Made by a program: the position numbers and the translations under genes
Notes under the pieces: model-generated
The model's input: the letters and a program-made list of their open reading frames with translations, nothing else
The model's database searches: none
What the model was told of the DNA's origin: nothing
Assembly (NCBI GenBank): GCA_002346225.1
Contig: DDYY01000079.1
Coordinates: forward strand, 90,588-154,587
Direction: 5' to 3'
DNA length: 64,000 bases
From: Bacteroidetes bacterium UBA3022
Lineage (GTDB): Bacteria; Bacteroidota; Bacteroidia; Chitinophagales; BACL12
In this document: piece after piece, positions 20,505-29,395 of the stretch
Layout of the letters: every line of letters starts with the position of its first letter
Numbering within the stretch: position 1 is the stretch's first letter

Positions 20505-21275
20505 ATGGGAAATCGAACAGTATATCTAGCCATCGGACTGGCACTTATGTTTTCAAGTTGTGCCATTATCAGACCCGGTGAAGCGGGAGTAAAAACAACC
20601 TTGGGGAAAGTGGACGAAACTGTTTTAATGCAGGGACCAAAAGCTTACTTTCCGTTTACAACCCGAATCATCAAATTGCCACTGCGCACTGAAAATATTG
20701 AAATCACGGTAGATCTTCCATCGAAAGAAGGTCTTACCATACGCGCAGATATATCCATACTGTATCGCCTGGAACCCGAGTCTGTAGCGAAAGTTTTTGA
20801 GGAGGTAGGTCTGAATTACGAGCAAACGCTGATACTGCCCATATTCAGGTCAGCGGCCAGCGATGTCAGTGCGCGCTTCTTTGCCAAGGACATGCATTCC
20901 GGAGAACGAGCCTCCATTGAAAATGAAATTCGAGATCTAATGACAGAGCGCATGCAGGGAAGAGGGCTGGAAATAGAAGCTGTTCTCATGAAAAGCATTC
21001 GACTTCCGGACGGACTGTCACGGGCTATTGAAGATAAACTGGAAGCGGAGCAGCGCGCGCAACAAATGCAGTTCATTCTGGATAGAGAAAGACAGGAAGC
21101 GCAAAGAAAGAAAGTAGAGGCAGAAGGTGTACGTGATGCACAGATGATTATCACAGAAGGTCTTAATCCAATGATTATTCAATTCAAGTCGATTGAGGCT
21201 TTTCAGAAGCTTGCTGAATCGGATAATACCAAGATTATCATAACGGATGGTAAAACGCCGATGCTTATAGAATAG
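20505..21275 (+). CDS. SPFH/band-7 (prohibitin-family) lipoprotein
   Basis: 256 aa with lipobox MFSSC. SPFH-like core, then a C-terminal EAEQRAQQMQF...RQEAQRKKVEAEG coiled coil. Confidence 0.75.
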   Translation: MGNRTVYLAIGLALMFSSCAIIRPGEAGVKTTLGKVDETVLMQGPKAYFPFTTRIIKLPLRTENIEITVDLPSKEGLTIRADISILYRLEPESVAKVFEEVGLNYEQTLILPIFRSAASDVSARFFAKDMHSGERASIENEIRDLMTERMQGRGLEIEAVLMKSIRLPDGLSRAIEDKLEAEQRAQQMQFILDRERQEAQRKKVEAEGVRDAQMIITEGLNPMIIQFKSIEAFQKLAESDNTKIIITDGKTPMLIE

Positions 21276-21323
21276 TCAGTATAAAATAAATACCCAAGAA
21301 GGTTGTTATTCTGTTGTAATACA

Positions 21324-21596
21324 ATGGAAAAACGACCTTCTTTTTTTATCTGTCTGTTGCTGGATGGTATCGGAATGCTTTCCTGGGTACTGCCGGTAGT
21401 GGGTGAAGCCACTGACCTGATATGGGCTCCTTTGGCAGCTTTCATTTATATCCACCTCTTCGGTTTCCGGAAACGCGCTCCGGGTGGTGCTTTGCTGTTG
21501 ATTGAAGAGTTGTTGCCCGGCACAGATTTCCTGCCCACCTTCACGCTCACCTGGCTATGGCTGAAGGCTAAGGATAGTTACCGCATGACGGCCTGA
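21324..21596 (+). CDS. Small hypothetical membrane protein
   Basis: About 90 aa from ATG 21324 (MEKRPSFFICLLLDGIGMLSWVLPVVGEATDLIW...) with two or three hydrophobic segments. Lies downstream of the SPFH gene. Confidence 0.45.
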   Translation: MEKRPSFFICLLLDGIGMLSWVLPVVGEATDLIWAPLAAFIYIHLFGFRKRAPGGALLLIEELLPGTDFLPTFTLTWLWLKAKDSYRMTA

Positions 21597-21597
21597 A

Positions 21598-22578
21598 TCA
21601 CTCCTGCCTGCCTTTCATTTCACCCCCCGACTTCCAGGCATTATCTATGGCGTTCATTTCTTCCAGCTCTTCATCTGTATAAGGCTGAAAATCGAGGCCA
21701 GTTAAATCCGGCTTACCTGCATTGATCCAGGCGGTATACCAGAAGCTTCCCAATGCAATGATGGTAGTTCTCATTCTTCGTTCCACCATATTGTTCAGCA
21801 TGTCATTATACGCTAGGGCATAAGCTGTTGAATAGGTTCTCACCGTACTTTGACCTCTGGTTTCGTAGGCATACTTCTGACTGGCCGGGAACTGTTCGTT
21901 CAAAAGCGCCTCATACTGCAAAACAGTATCACTCATGAGATGGCTTTCAAGCACCACTTCCCACAATCGGTCGTTGATGTAAGGTATATAGGTGGCTTTA
22001 CCTACCAGATAATCGTAGTCATCACCGATTAGTTCTGGAATACGCGATTCCCAAAAGCCGTGAATACCATTCTGATTGGTAAGCTGTCCGTTGTAGTTTT
22101 CGGTACAGTGCAACGGCACATGTACATCGCCAATATAATGTCCAATCTCTGCACTCAGGCGGAGGATATTCTTGACCTCCTTGTTGCGCATAGCATCTTC
22201 CAACCGGTACATCATCAATTCAATATACCAGGGTACTATACCATAGGCCTGCAGGCTGTCTTCAGAATATTTTGCCACTGCATCTTTCCATTTTCGGGGA
22301 AGTTCAGGAAATGGATATTCGCCATAGTGGTCAATATCAATATAGTGTCGCGGTGCTTCATCGACCACCGCATATCTGCGTTTATCGGGGTCTACGGCAT
22401 GCTCTTCTATATAATCCAGGTGGGGTTTGTAGAAGGCAAACAGCTCCTGTGGTAGAGTAAACAGCGCCATTTTATTGATGCGTTTATGCGCCCAGAACCC
22501 CCAAGGCGGATTTGCAGCCTGTGCCTGCAGCAGTATGATCAATAGAAGCAGCAAGGCTCCCAGTTTTTGTTTGTTCAT
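21598..22578 (-). CDS. S1/P1-type zinc nuclease family protein (secreted)
   Basis: Signal peptide, then WGFWAHKRI, which resembles the mature N-terminal WGxxGH. HYIGDVHVPLHC matches the S1-P1 H(F/Y)(V/I)GD(I/V)HQPLH motif. Confidence 0.7.
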   Translation of the reverse strand: MNKQKLGALLLLLIILLQAQAANPPWGFWAHKRINKMALFTLPQELFAFYKPHLDYIEEHAVDPDKRRYAVVDEAPRHYIDIDHYGEYPFPELPRKWKDAVAKYSEDSLQAYGIVPWYIELMMYRLEDAMRNKEVKNILRLSAEIGHYIGDVHVPLHCTENYNGQLTNQNGIHGFWESRIPELIGDDYDYLVGKATYIPYINDRLWEVVLESHLMSDTVLQYEALLNEQFPASQKYAYETRGQSTVRTYSTAYALAYNDMLNNMVERRMRTTIIALGSFWYTAWINAGKPDLTGLDFQPYTDEELEEMNAIDNAWKSGGEMKGRQE

Positions 22579-22666
22579 TTTCCGGTGTATTGTACTCTCT
22601 TAGGAGCTACGAAAATAAAATAGATTAGGCTTTGAACGGCTATGGCAATCAGGAATTAATATTGGC

Positions 22667-23026
22667 TTACAGCTCCAGCTCTTTTGATGGATCCCAATAC
22701 AGATTAGCAAAATCCTGAACTGTATCATCCTTCACTACCACCCCTTCCTTTTCCAGTGCCAGCTCCATGGCATCTGGCGTGGGAAAGTGGTGTTTGCCCG
22801 AGAGAATACCCAGTCGGTTCACCACTCTGTGTGCAGGGACATAGGCAGCCGCCTGGTGCGATGCATTCATGGCCCAACCGACGGTGCGGGCACTCATTCC
22901 GGCGCCAAGGTACCTGGCGATGGCTCCATAGGATGTCACCCTTCCTTCCGGAATCAACCGAACAACTTCCCAGACCATTTGAAAAAAGTCGTCCTGTTTG
23001 CCGACAGAAGAGCGTACTTTTGCCAT
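22667..23026 (-). CDS. Alkyltransferase-like (ATL) protein, MGMT DNA-binding domain family, lacking the acceptor Cys
   Basis: 119 aa. IPEGRVTSYGAIARYLG, and PAHRVVN in place of the PCHRV active site. Confidence 0.75.
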   Translation of the reverse strand: MAKVRSSVGKQDDFFQMVWEVVRLIPEGRVTSYGAIARYLGAGMSARTVGWAMNASHQAAAYVPAHRVVNRLGILSGKHHFPTPDAMELALEKEGVVVKDDTVQDFANLYWDPSKELEL

Positions 23027-23043
23027 GCAGCTAAGTTAATATT

Positions 23044-23589
23044 ATGCCTTTGAAGAAGATAATTAAGGCGGGAGCCATCACCCACCTGACGGATGCGCGC
23101 TTCTTTGCCGCTTACGAAGTAGCTTATCTGGGCTTTTGCTTCGACCCTGCGTCGCCCGACTATATTTCACCCCAGGAGGCGTTGGCGATCAAAGGATGGA
23201 TTACCGGACCTCAGATTGTTGCGGAGTTCAATAACCAGGATGCAGACAATGTGCTCAATATTATCCGCTTTCTGGAGCCCGATGTTGCTGAACTTTCCGC
23301 GCAGTATGGTGCAGCGGATATAGCTAAAATTGCTGATACAGAAGTCCTGCTGGCCTACCATACCTCCTTTGATCAACGGAATTCTGTTCCGGAAGATGCG
23401 CTGTACATTCTGCTCACCGACTTACCGCAAAATGCTGAACTTGCCCCTAACTGGATGGTGGATGCCACCTATAACCATCTGCTCCATCATGGGCTGTTGC
23501 AGGTAAAGGGATCACCGGAAAAAGAGACCGGTGTAAAGTTGTTTGATGAAGTTGCAGATTTACTGGAATCCTGGATGGAGGATGAATAG
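23044..23589 (+). CDS. Hypothetical protein with weak phosphoribosylanthranilate-isomerase (TrpF)-like N-terminus
   Basis: 181 aa. KIIKAGAITHLTDARFFAAYEVAYLGFCFDPASPDYISPQEA resembles K(I/V)CGIT...A...GAD.(L/I)GF(I/V)F...SPR(Y/F)(I/V), but has Ala where the TrpF catalytic Cys sits. Confidence 0.35.
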   Translation: MPLKKIIKAGAITHLTDARFFAAYEVAYLGFCFDPASPDYISPQEALAIKGWITGPQIVAEFNNQDADNVLNIIRFLEPDVAELSAQYGAADIAKIADTEVLLAYHTSFDQRNSVPEDALYILLTDLPQNAELAPNWMVDATYNHLLHHGLLQVKGSPEKETGVKLFDEVADLLESWMEDE

Positions 23590-23608
23590 TTTTTAGCAAG
23601 GCCTGTCT

Positions 23609-24367
23609 TTACCAGCCACCGCTTGCGCCGCCGCCGCCGAAGCTGCCCCCTCCAAAGCCGCCGAAGCCGCCACCCCCACTGAATCCGCCACCTCTTCCGC
23701 CTCCAAATCCTCCAAGTCCGCCGCCCCCCCAGTAGGTAGGTCCGCGGCCTGAATAGGTTACACCTCCGCCCTTGTTGGAGCGGCTCATGAAGATGAGGAC
23801 AATGATTACAATTATTATGATAAATATAATTTGTCCGATTCCCATCGGTTTGGAAAGGTCTTCGTCCTTAGGCGCAAACTCCCCACTCACATACTCCATG
23901 ATGCGGTTCACACCGGCATCAATACCTGCATTGTAATCGCTGTTGCGAAACGCAGGTAATATATCGTTTTCAATAATTCGTTTCGCCCGCCCGTCGGTGA
24001 TGTAGGGCTCAATGCCATAACCAACCTGCACTGTTACCCTTCTGTCTTTGATAGCGGCCAGCAAAACGACGCCATTGTTCATACCCTCCTGCCCTACTCC
24101 CCAGTTTCTTCCCAGGTACAAGGCATAGTCCTCGATGGGATAACGCCCCGTGCTTTGCATGGTTATCACGGCAATCTGGGTGGAAGTTGAGTCATTAAAT
24201 GCCACCAGTTTCTGCTCCAGTGTCTGTTCCTGCGATGGACTTAATACGTCGGCAAGGTCATTGACCAGTCTGGGTGGTGTTGGTCTGGCAGGAAGATCTT
24301 TTACATCCACCTGAGCTGTTACCAGCGATGCTATAAAAACGAGTACCGAAAGCAGTCTAATTCTCAT
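23609..24367 (-). CDS. TPM-domain protein (YgcG-like) with TM segment and Gly-rich C-terminal tail
   Basis: Start placed at MRIRLLSVLVFIASLVTAQ (24367). TPM-like core, TM segment IIFIIIIVIIVLIF, and a GGGGLGGFGGGRGGGFSGGGGFGGFGGGSFGGGGASGGW tail. Confidence 0.75.
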   Translation of the reverse strand: MRIRLLSVLVFIASLVTAQVDVKDLPARPTPPRLVNDLADVLSPSQEQTLEQKLVAFNDSTSTQIAVITMQSTGRYPIEDYALYLGRNWGVGQEGMNNGVVLLAAIKDRRVTVQVGYGIEPYITDGRAKRIIENDILPAFRNSDYNAGIDAGVNRIMEYVSGEFAPKDEDLSKPMGIGQIIFIIIIVIIVLIFMSRSNKGGGVTYSGRGPTYWGGGGLGGFGGGRGGGFSGGGGFGGFGGGSFGGGGASGGW

Positions 24368-24803
24368 TGCCAAACGATATTTCGTCAGAAAGCTCATTCT
24401 TATCATTCGACTGCCTGGGAAAATGCGCTCCGAGTTGCTGACCTGCGGCTGTTATGCCATCTATCAGTCCCTTCAGAAACTCAGCCTGCATAAATTGTTC
24501 GCGCATGCCGTCCTTAATAGCATCCCAGAAGCCCTCGGGAACCTTTTGATGAATGCCTTCGTCTGCTATGATGGCGAATTTATGGTCCACCACAGCCAGG
24601 TAAAAGAGCACACCATTTTTTTCAGCGGTGGTGTGCATCTTCAGTTTCGCAAATAATGCCAGACCTCTCTGGAATGGATCGCCTTTACAGTGGTCTTCCA
24701 GGTGCAAGCGAATTTCTCCGGAGGTAAGCGATTCAGCCTTCTGAATAGCGGCAAGAATTTCCTGCTGCTGTTGTTGGTTGAAAAATTGCTTGGCCCCGGA
24801 CAT
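24357..24803 (-). CDS. TPM-domain protein (cytoplasmic type)
   Basis: 148 aa. ...AIQKAESLTSGEIRLHLE...NGVLFYLAVVDHKFAIIADEGIH is typical of the second TPM gene in a LemA operon. Confidence 0.7.
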   Translation of the reverse strand: MSGAKQFFNQQQQQEILAAIQKAESLTSGEIRLHLEDHCKGDPFQRGLALFAKLKMHTTAEKNGVLFYLAVVDHKFAIIADEGIHQKVPEGFWDAIKDGMREQFMQAEFLKGLIDGITAAGQQLGAHFPRQSNDKNELSDEISFGNEN

Positions 24804-24804
24804 A

Positions 24805-25449
24805 TTAAAATTCTACTGTTGGCACCACATCGCTGCCCTGGGCTGCTTCAAACATAGACCGTTTTTCAAAGCCGAACATACCGGCAATCATGTTCTGCGG
24901 AAACTTCCTCACATAGGTGTTATAGGCTTTCACGGCAGTATTGTAGTCGTTACGAGCCACGTTAATCCTGTTTTCGGTGCCGGACAGCTCTGCCTGCAAT
25001 TCCAGGAAATTCTGGTTGGCCTTTAAATCCGGATAGCGCTCCACAGTAACCAACAGTCTGCTCAAGGCACCGCTCAACTGATCCTGAGCCTGTTGAAACT
25101 GTGCAAATTGCTCCGGAGAAGTATTGGAAGGATCTATGGTAATTGAAGTTGCTTTAGCGCGCGCCTCAATCACCTTGGTCAGGGTTTCCTGTTCGAAGTC
25201 TGCATATCCCTTTACCGTTGACACCAGATTGGGAATAAGGTCCGCCCTGCGCTGGTAGGAGCTTTGCACTGCTGCCCATTTTTCATTGGTAGATTCATCG
25301 TAGGTAACCATATTATTGTAGGCACCGGCAAAAAACCGGTAAATGATAAATGCAATAACGAGTATTACGCCTATTGGCACGAGCCATTTAGGTAATCCGG
25401 AGCGTCTTGCTGCTGGGGTTGTATCTGTCATAGTTGTAGGTTTCTCCAA
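24805..25449 (-). CDS. LemA family protein
   Basis: 214 aa with an N-terminal TM segment. LemA-like YNNMV...WAAVQSSYQRRADLIPNLV...YPDLKANQNF. Confidence 0.85.
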   Translation of the reverse strand: MEKPTTMTDTTPAARRSGLPKWLVPIGVILVIAFIIYRFFAGAYNNMVTYDESTNEKWAAVQSSYQRRADLIPNLVSTVKGYADFEQETLTKVIEARAKATSITIDPSNTSPEQFAQFQQAQDQLSGALSRLLVTVERYPDLKANQNFLELQAELSGTENRINVARNDYNTAVKAYNTYVRKFPQNMIAGMFGFEKRSMFEAAQGSDVVPTVEF

Positions 25450-25529
25450 AGATAAAGATTCCCTGGTTTTAATGAATAGACGGAGAGCACCTGCGAATCT
25501 TTTATTTTTACAGGAATAAATACAACATT

Positions 25530-25877
25530 ATGAGCAACAGTGTAGCAGCATTCAATGAATATCGCAGTCGGATGAACGATGTAATTCTCTCCAAAAACAA
25601 TAAAGTCATCAACCGTCTTTTTAACCTCGACACCAATACGTATGCAGAGGGTGCCCTTTCTGTCAAAACAAAAGAAATGCTGGGCCTGGTGGCTAGTATG
25701 GTATTGCGCTGTGATGATTGTATCAAATACCACCTTGGTAAATGTCAGGAAGCAGGTGTAACGACTGAAGAGGTATATGAGATTTTTGCCGTTGCCAACA
25801 TTGTTGGCGGTACCATTGTGATACCGCATACCCGCAGAGGCGCTGAGTACTGGGAAGAACTGAACCAAAACCAATGA
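25530..25877 (+). CDS. Carboxymuconolactone decarboxylase (AhpD-like) family protein
   Basis: 115 aa. KEMLGLVASMVLRCDDCIKYH contains the CxxC motif. Confidence 0.75.
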   Translation: MSNSVAAFNEYRSRMNDVILSKNNKVINRLFNLDTNTYAEGALSVKTKEMLGLVASMVLRCDDCIKYHLGKCQEAGVTTEEVYEIFAVANIVGGTIVIPHTRRGAEYWEELNQNQ

Positions 25878-25893
25878 TAGCCAAATTGAAATC

Positions 25894-28698
25894 ATGAGTA
25901 ATAAATCGGATAAACAACTATATCTGCTGGATGCGTTTGCATTGATTTTTCGCGCCTATTTTGCATTTTCCCGAAACCCGTTGATCAATAGCAAAGGCCA
26001 GAATGTTTCTGCCATAACTGGATTTGTCAACACTTTATACGACCTGATGCAGAATACCGGCAGCACGCATATTGCCGTCTGCTTTGATTCTGACAAAGCA
26101 CCGGTAGGCCGTTCAGAGGTTTTTGCCGACTACAAAGCCAACCGACAGGAAACCCCGGAGGACATTAAGTGGAGTGTACCCATCATCAAGGAAATTGTAT
26201 CAGCTTTCAATGTGCCCATTCTGGAAGTTCCCGGTTATGAGGCAGATGATGTAGTAGGTACGATTGCCAAACAAGCAGAGCGGGAAGGTTACGAAGTATA
26301 CATGGTCACCATGGATAAAGACTACGGTCAATTGATGAGTGAAAACATTCATATGTACCGACCATCCTACACAGGCAAAGGATTTGATACTGTGCGGTTG
26401 CAGGATATGCTGGATAAGTGGGGTATTGACAATCCATTACAGCTGATTGATATTCTTGGATTAATGGGTGACAGTGTCGATAATATTCCCGGCGTACCCG
26501 GTGTAGGTGAAAAGACGGCCCAGAAACTCATAGCCCAGTATGGTTCAGTAGAAGGCGTACTTGCTAATCTCGATGAACAGAAAGGTAAGTTGAAAGAAAA
26601 CCTCGAAAAGTTTGCCGACCAGGCGCTGATGTCAAAAGAACTCGCCACTATTATTCTGGACGTGCCGGTCACCTTCGAAGAAGACAAGGTAGTCATTGAC
26701 GAACCGGACAAAGAAAAACTGGCTGCCATTTTTGCGGAGCTGGAATTCAGACAATTAGGCAAACGCATACTGGGTGATGCATATCAGGTGAATGTTGCCA
26801 AAACGGGCGACCAGATGGATATGTTCGGGGGCAGCACCCCTACCGGCAATGAGTTGCAGCAGGCGCGCGAGCAAATTGGTGGCGGCAAGGACATTACCAA
26901 TACCGAGCATAATTATCTGATTGCCAGCACCGAAAAGGAAAGGGCAGATCTGGCGCAACTACTTATGCAACAAAAATTAATTTGTTTTGATACAGAAACC
27001 ACCGGCATTGATGCCAACGAAGCTGAACTGGTAGGATTCTCCTTTAGCTGGGAAAAAGGCAAGGGGTACTATGTTCCCGTTCCTGCCGATCGCAATGCAG
27101 CTATGGCAGTGGTGGAGACCTTTCGCCCGGTGCTGGAAAACCCCTCTATTGCCAAGGTTGCACAAAACCTTAAATACGACTACCTCATCATGAAGTGGTA
27201 TGGAGTAAACATACAGGGTCCCATGCACGACAGCATGCTCGCCCATTACCTGCTCGAACCGGAGTTGCGTCATAACATGGATTACCTGTCAGAAAATTAC
27301 CTGGGTTATTCCCCGGTTTCAATTGAAACACTCATCGGCAAAAAAGGCAAGAACCAGCTGAGCATGCGCGATGCGCCATTGGAAAAAGTAGCAGAATATG
27401 CCGTAGAGGATACCGATATCACCCTTCAGTTGCATCACACTTTCCAGCCCATGCTGGAAAAAGAAGGCCTTGCAACCTTGTACAAAGACGTTGAAATACC
27501 ATTGGTACCTGTCCTGGCAGCTATGGAATATGAAGGTGTCAATCTGGATGTTCCATTCCTGCAGGATTTTTCCGCCACCTTAGGTAAAGACATTGAAAAA
27601 ACTGCTGCGGCTATTTATGAGATGGCGGGTGTGAAGTTCAACATCGACTCTCCAAAGCAGTTAGGGGAAGTGTTGTTCACTAAACTAAAGATTCCTTATC
27701 AGGGTCAGAAAACCAAAACAGGTAAGCTCTCTACCGGAGAAGATGTATTACAAAGGCTGGCTGATGAAAATCCCATTGCCTCTCACATTCTGGAGTATCG
27801 GGAATTGGGCAAATTGAAGTCTACCTATGTAGATTCACTGCCATTGCTCATCAATCCCAAAACCGGTCGCGTGCATACCAATTTTGGCCAGGCTATAGCT
27901 GCCAGTGGACGTTTGAGCAGCAATAATCCGAATTTGCAGAACATACCCATAAGAACGGAAAGAGGACAGATGGTACGCAAGGCATTTATTGCCAGAGATG
28001 ATGACCATGTCCTCATGAGCGCCGATTATTCTCAAATAGAGTTGCGCATCATTGCGGCGTTGAGTAAAGACCAGGGAATGATTGATGCTTTTCGCCAGGG
28101 TATGGACATTCACTCCGCGACAGCTGCCAAAGTATTCGGCGTGGAACTTAATGACGTTACCCGCGAAATGCGTTCGAAAGCCAAGGCGGTAAACTTTGGA
28201 ATTGCCTATGGTCAGACAGCTTTTGGTCTATCCCAAAATCTTCGCATAAGCAGGACGGAGGCCAAAGAGATTATCGATAATTACAACGAGCAGTTTCCAG
28301 GTGTAGCACGACTTATGGAAGAGAATAAGGAGTTTGCAAGGAAGCACGGATATGTGCAAACCATACTGGGAAGGAAGCGGTACCTGAAAGACATCAATTC
28401 TGCTAATAATACGGTACGGTCAGCAGCAGAGCGTGTAGCTGTCAACTCGCCCATTCAGGGAAGTGCTGCCGACTTAATTAAGGTTGCCATGTTGCACATT
28501 CATGCTGCCTTGCAAAGCGGAGGATGGAAGTCGAAGATGACCCTGCAGGTGCATGATGAACTTGTTTTTGATGTATACCGACCTGAACTGGAAGACCTCC
28601 GGCAGCTGGTGGTAGAAAAGATGGTAGGTGCCATTCCCATGGACGTACCTATTGAAGCTGAAGTAGGAAGTGGTGTTAACTGGCTGGAAGCCCACTGA
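25894..28698 (+). CDS. polA: DNA polymerase I
   Basis: 934 aa. 5'-nuclease domain (LYLLDAFALIFRAYFA), 3'-5' exonuclease motif FDTETT, polymerase motifs DYSQIELRI, RSKAKAVNFGIAYG and QVHDELVF. Confidence 0.97.
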   Translation: MSNKSDKQLYLLDAFALIFRAYFAFSRNPLINSKGQNVSAITGFVNTLYDLMQNTGSTHIAVCFDSDKAPVGRSEVFADYKANRQETPEDIKWSVPIIKEIVSAFNVPILEVPGYEADDVVGTIAKQAEREGYEVYMVTMDKDYGQLMSENIHMYRPSYTGKGFDTVRLQDMLDKWGIDNPLQLIDILGLMGDSVDNIPGVPGVGEKTAQKLIAQYGSVEGVLANLDEQKGKLKENLEKFADQALMSKELATIILDVPVTFEEDKVVIDEPDKEKLAAIFAELEFRQLGKRILGDAYQVNVAKTGDQMDMFGGSTPTGNELQQAREQIGGGKDITNTEHNYLIASTEKERADLAQLLMQQKLICFDTETTGIDANEAELVGFSFSWEKGKGYYVPVPADRNAAMAVVETFRPVLENPSIAKVAQNLKYDYLIMKWYGVNIQGPMHDSMLAHYLLEPELRHNMDYLSENYLGYSPVSIETLIGKKGKNQLSMRDAPLEKVAEYAVEDTDITLQLHHTFQPMLEKEGLATLYKDVEIPLVPVLAAMEYEGVNLDVPFLQDFSATLGKDIEKTAAAIYEMAGVKFNIDSPKQLGEVLFTKLKIPYQGQKTKTGKLSTGEDVLQRLADENPIASHILEYRELGKLKSTYVDSLPLLINPKTGRVHTNFGQAIAASGRLSSNNPNLQNIPIRTERGQMVRKAFIARDDDHVLMSADYSQIELRIIAALSKDQGMIDAFRQGMDIHSATAAKVFGVELNDVTREMRSKAKAVNFGIAYGQTAFGLSQNLRISRTEAKEIIDNYNEQFPGVARLMEENKEFARKHGYVQTILGRKRYLKDINSANNTVRSAAERVAVNSPIQGSAADLIKVAMLHIHAALQSGGWKSKMTLQVHDELVFDVYRPELEDLRQLVVEKMVGAIPMDVPIEAEVGSGVNWLEAH

Positions 28699-28700
28699 CC

Positions 28701-29165
28701 TTAGTCAATCATCATTGGTCTGCTGAAAGTTTGCTCCAGAGAGATGAAGGTCTCGGTTCTGTCAATGCCGTTAATGCGTTGCACTTTATCATGGAGTACA
28801 TCTTTCAGGTGAGCAGCATCTCTACAATACATTTTCACGAAGATGCTGTAGTTCCCAGTGAGGTAGTAGCAATCCACAATTTCAGGAATTTGCTGCAGCT
28901 CCTTGGTTACATCATCGTACATAGAGCTTTTTTCCAGATATATACCAAGGAATGCTGTGATATCGTAACCCACTTTCGCCGGATTCACATGCAGGTTCAC
29001 CGAGCTGATAATTCCCAACTGGGTTAATTTTTTCATTCGGACGTGGACGGTACCGCTGGAAACCTTCAATTGCTTGGCAATATCGGTATAAGGAATGGTG
29101 GCATCCCGCATAAGGGTCTCCAAAATCTGCTTATCCAGATTATCAATATTTGAATTAGGCAACAT
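28701..29165 (-). CDS. Lrp/AsnC family transcriptional regulator
   Basis: 154 aa. HTH region LDKQILETLMRDATIPYTDIAKQLKVSSGTVHVRMKKL followed by a RAM-like domain. Confidence 0.9.
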   Translation of the reverse strand: MLPNSNIDNLDKQILETLMRDATIPYTDIAKQLKVSSGTVHVRMKKLTQLGIISSVNLHVNPAKVGYDITAFLGIYLEKSSMYDDVTKELQQIPEIVDCYYLTGNYSIFVKMYCRDAAHLKDVLHDKVQRINGIDRTETFISLEQTFSRPMMID

Positions 29166-29251
29166 TATCAGTTATTCAGGTTAAAGAATTTATAAAAATA
29201 ATCGAATAATTTACAAACTCACTATAAAATGCACGAATTTAATATTTTTTT

Positions 29252-29281
29252 TTGCACAAAACCGCACTATTATTACCTTTG
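29252..29281 (+). promoter_or_regulatory. Candidate promoter (-33 TTG, 19-nt spacer, -7 TACCTTTG)
   Basis: TTG at 29252-29254 and TACCTTTG at 29274-29281 give a good fit to the Bacteroidetes sigma-A TTG/TAnnTTTG consensus and spacing. Confidence 0.5.
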
Positions 29282-29313
29282 ACACAACGTATTCAATCTC
29301 CCCCTTTTTAATA

Positions 29314-29350
29314 ATGCTGTCTGATGAGGAGCAGGCAGCATTTTTTTTTT
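29314..29350 (+). terminator. Strong intrinsic terminator inside the leader of the Rof-like gene (attenuator or 3' end of a ~60-nt sRNA)
   Basis: 10-bp stem: ATGCTGTCTG (29314-29323) pairs with CAGGCAGCAT (29332-29341). One pair is G-U, valid only on the plus strand. 8-nt loop, then T10 (29341-29350). Confidence 0.7.
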
Positions 29351-29395
29351 GCACTTTTTTCAACGAAACAAGGTTAAATGTACTAAATAATTAAA

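Noticed and set aside
23612-23745. Highly repetitive GCC/GCCGCC/TCC DNA that could be mistaken for a microsatellite or repeat array
   Set aside because: It is in frame within the TPM-domain gene and encodes the Gly-rich C-terminal tail typical of YgcG-like proteins. It has no spacer/repeat periodicity.
25428-25895. 155-aa minus-strand ORF covering the carboxymuconolactone-decarboxylase gene
   Set aside because: It is antisense to a gene with a clear CxxC AhpD-like motif and overlaps both the LemA start and the polA start. No motifs.
29314-29394. Reading the 26-codon uORF as a classical Phe-attenuation leader peptide (FFFCTFF, reminiscent of pheL)
   Set aside because: The Phe codons are produced by the terminator T-tract and a second T-run, and they lie within or after the terminator rather than before it. 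The downstream gene is also unrelated to Phe metabolism. The uORF itself is kept as an observation.
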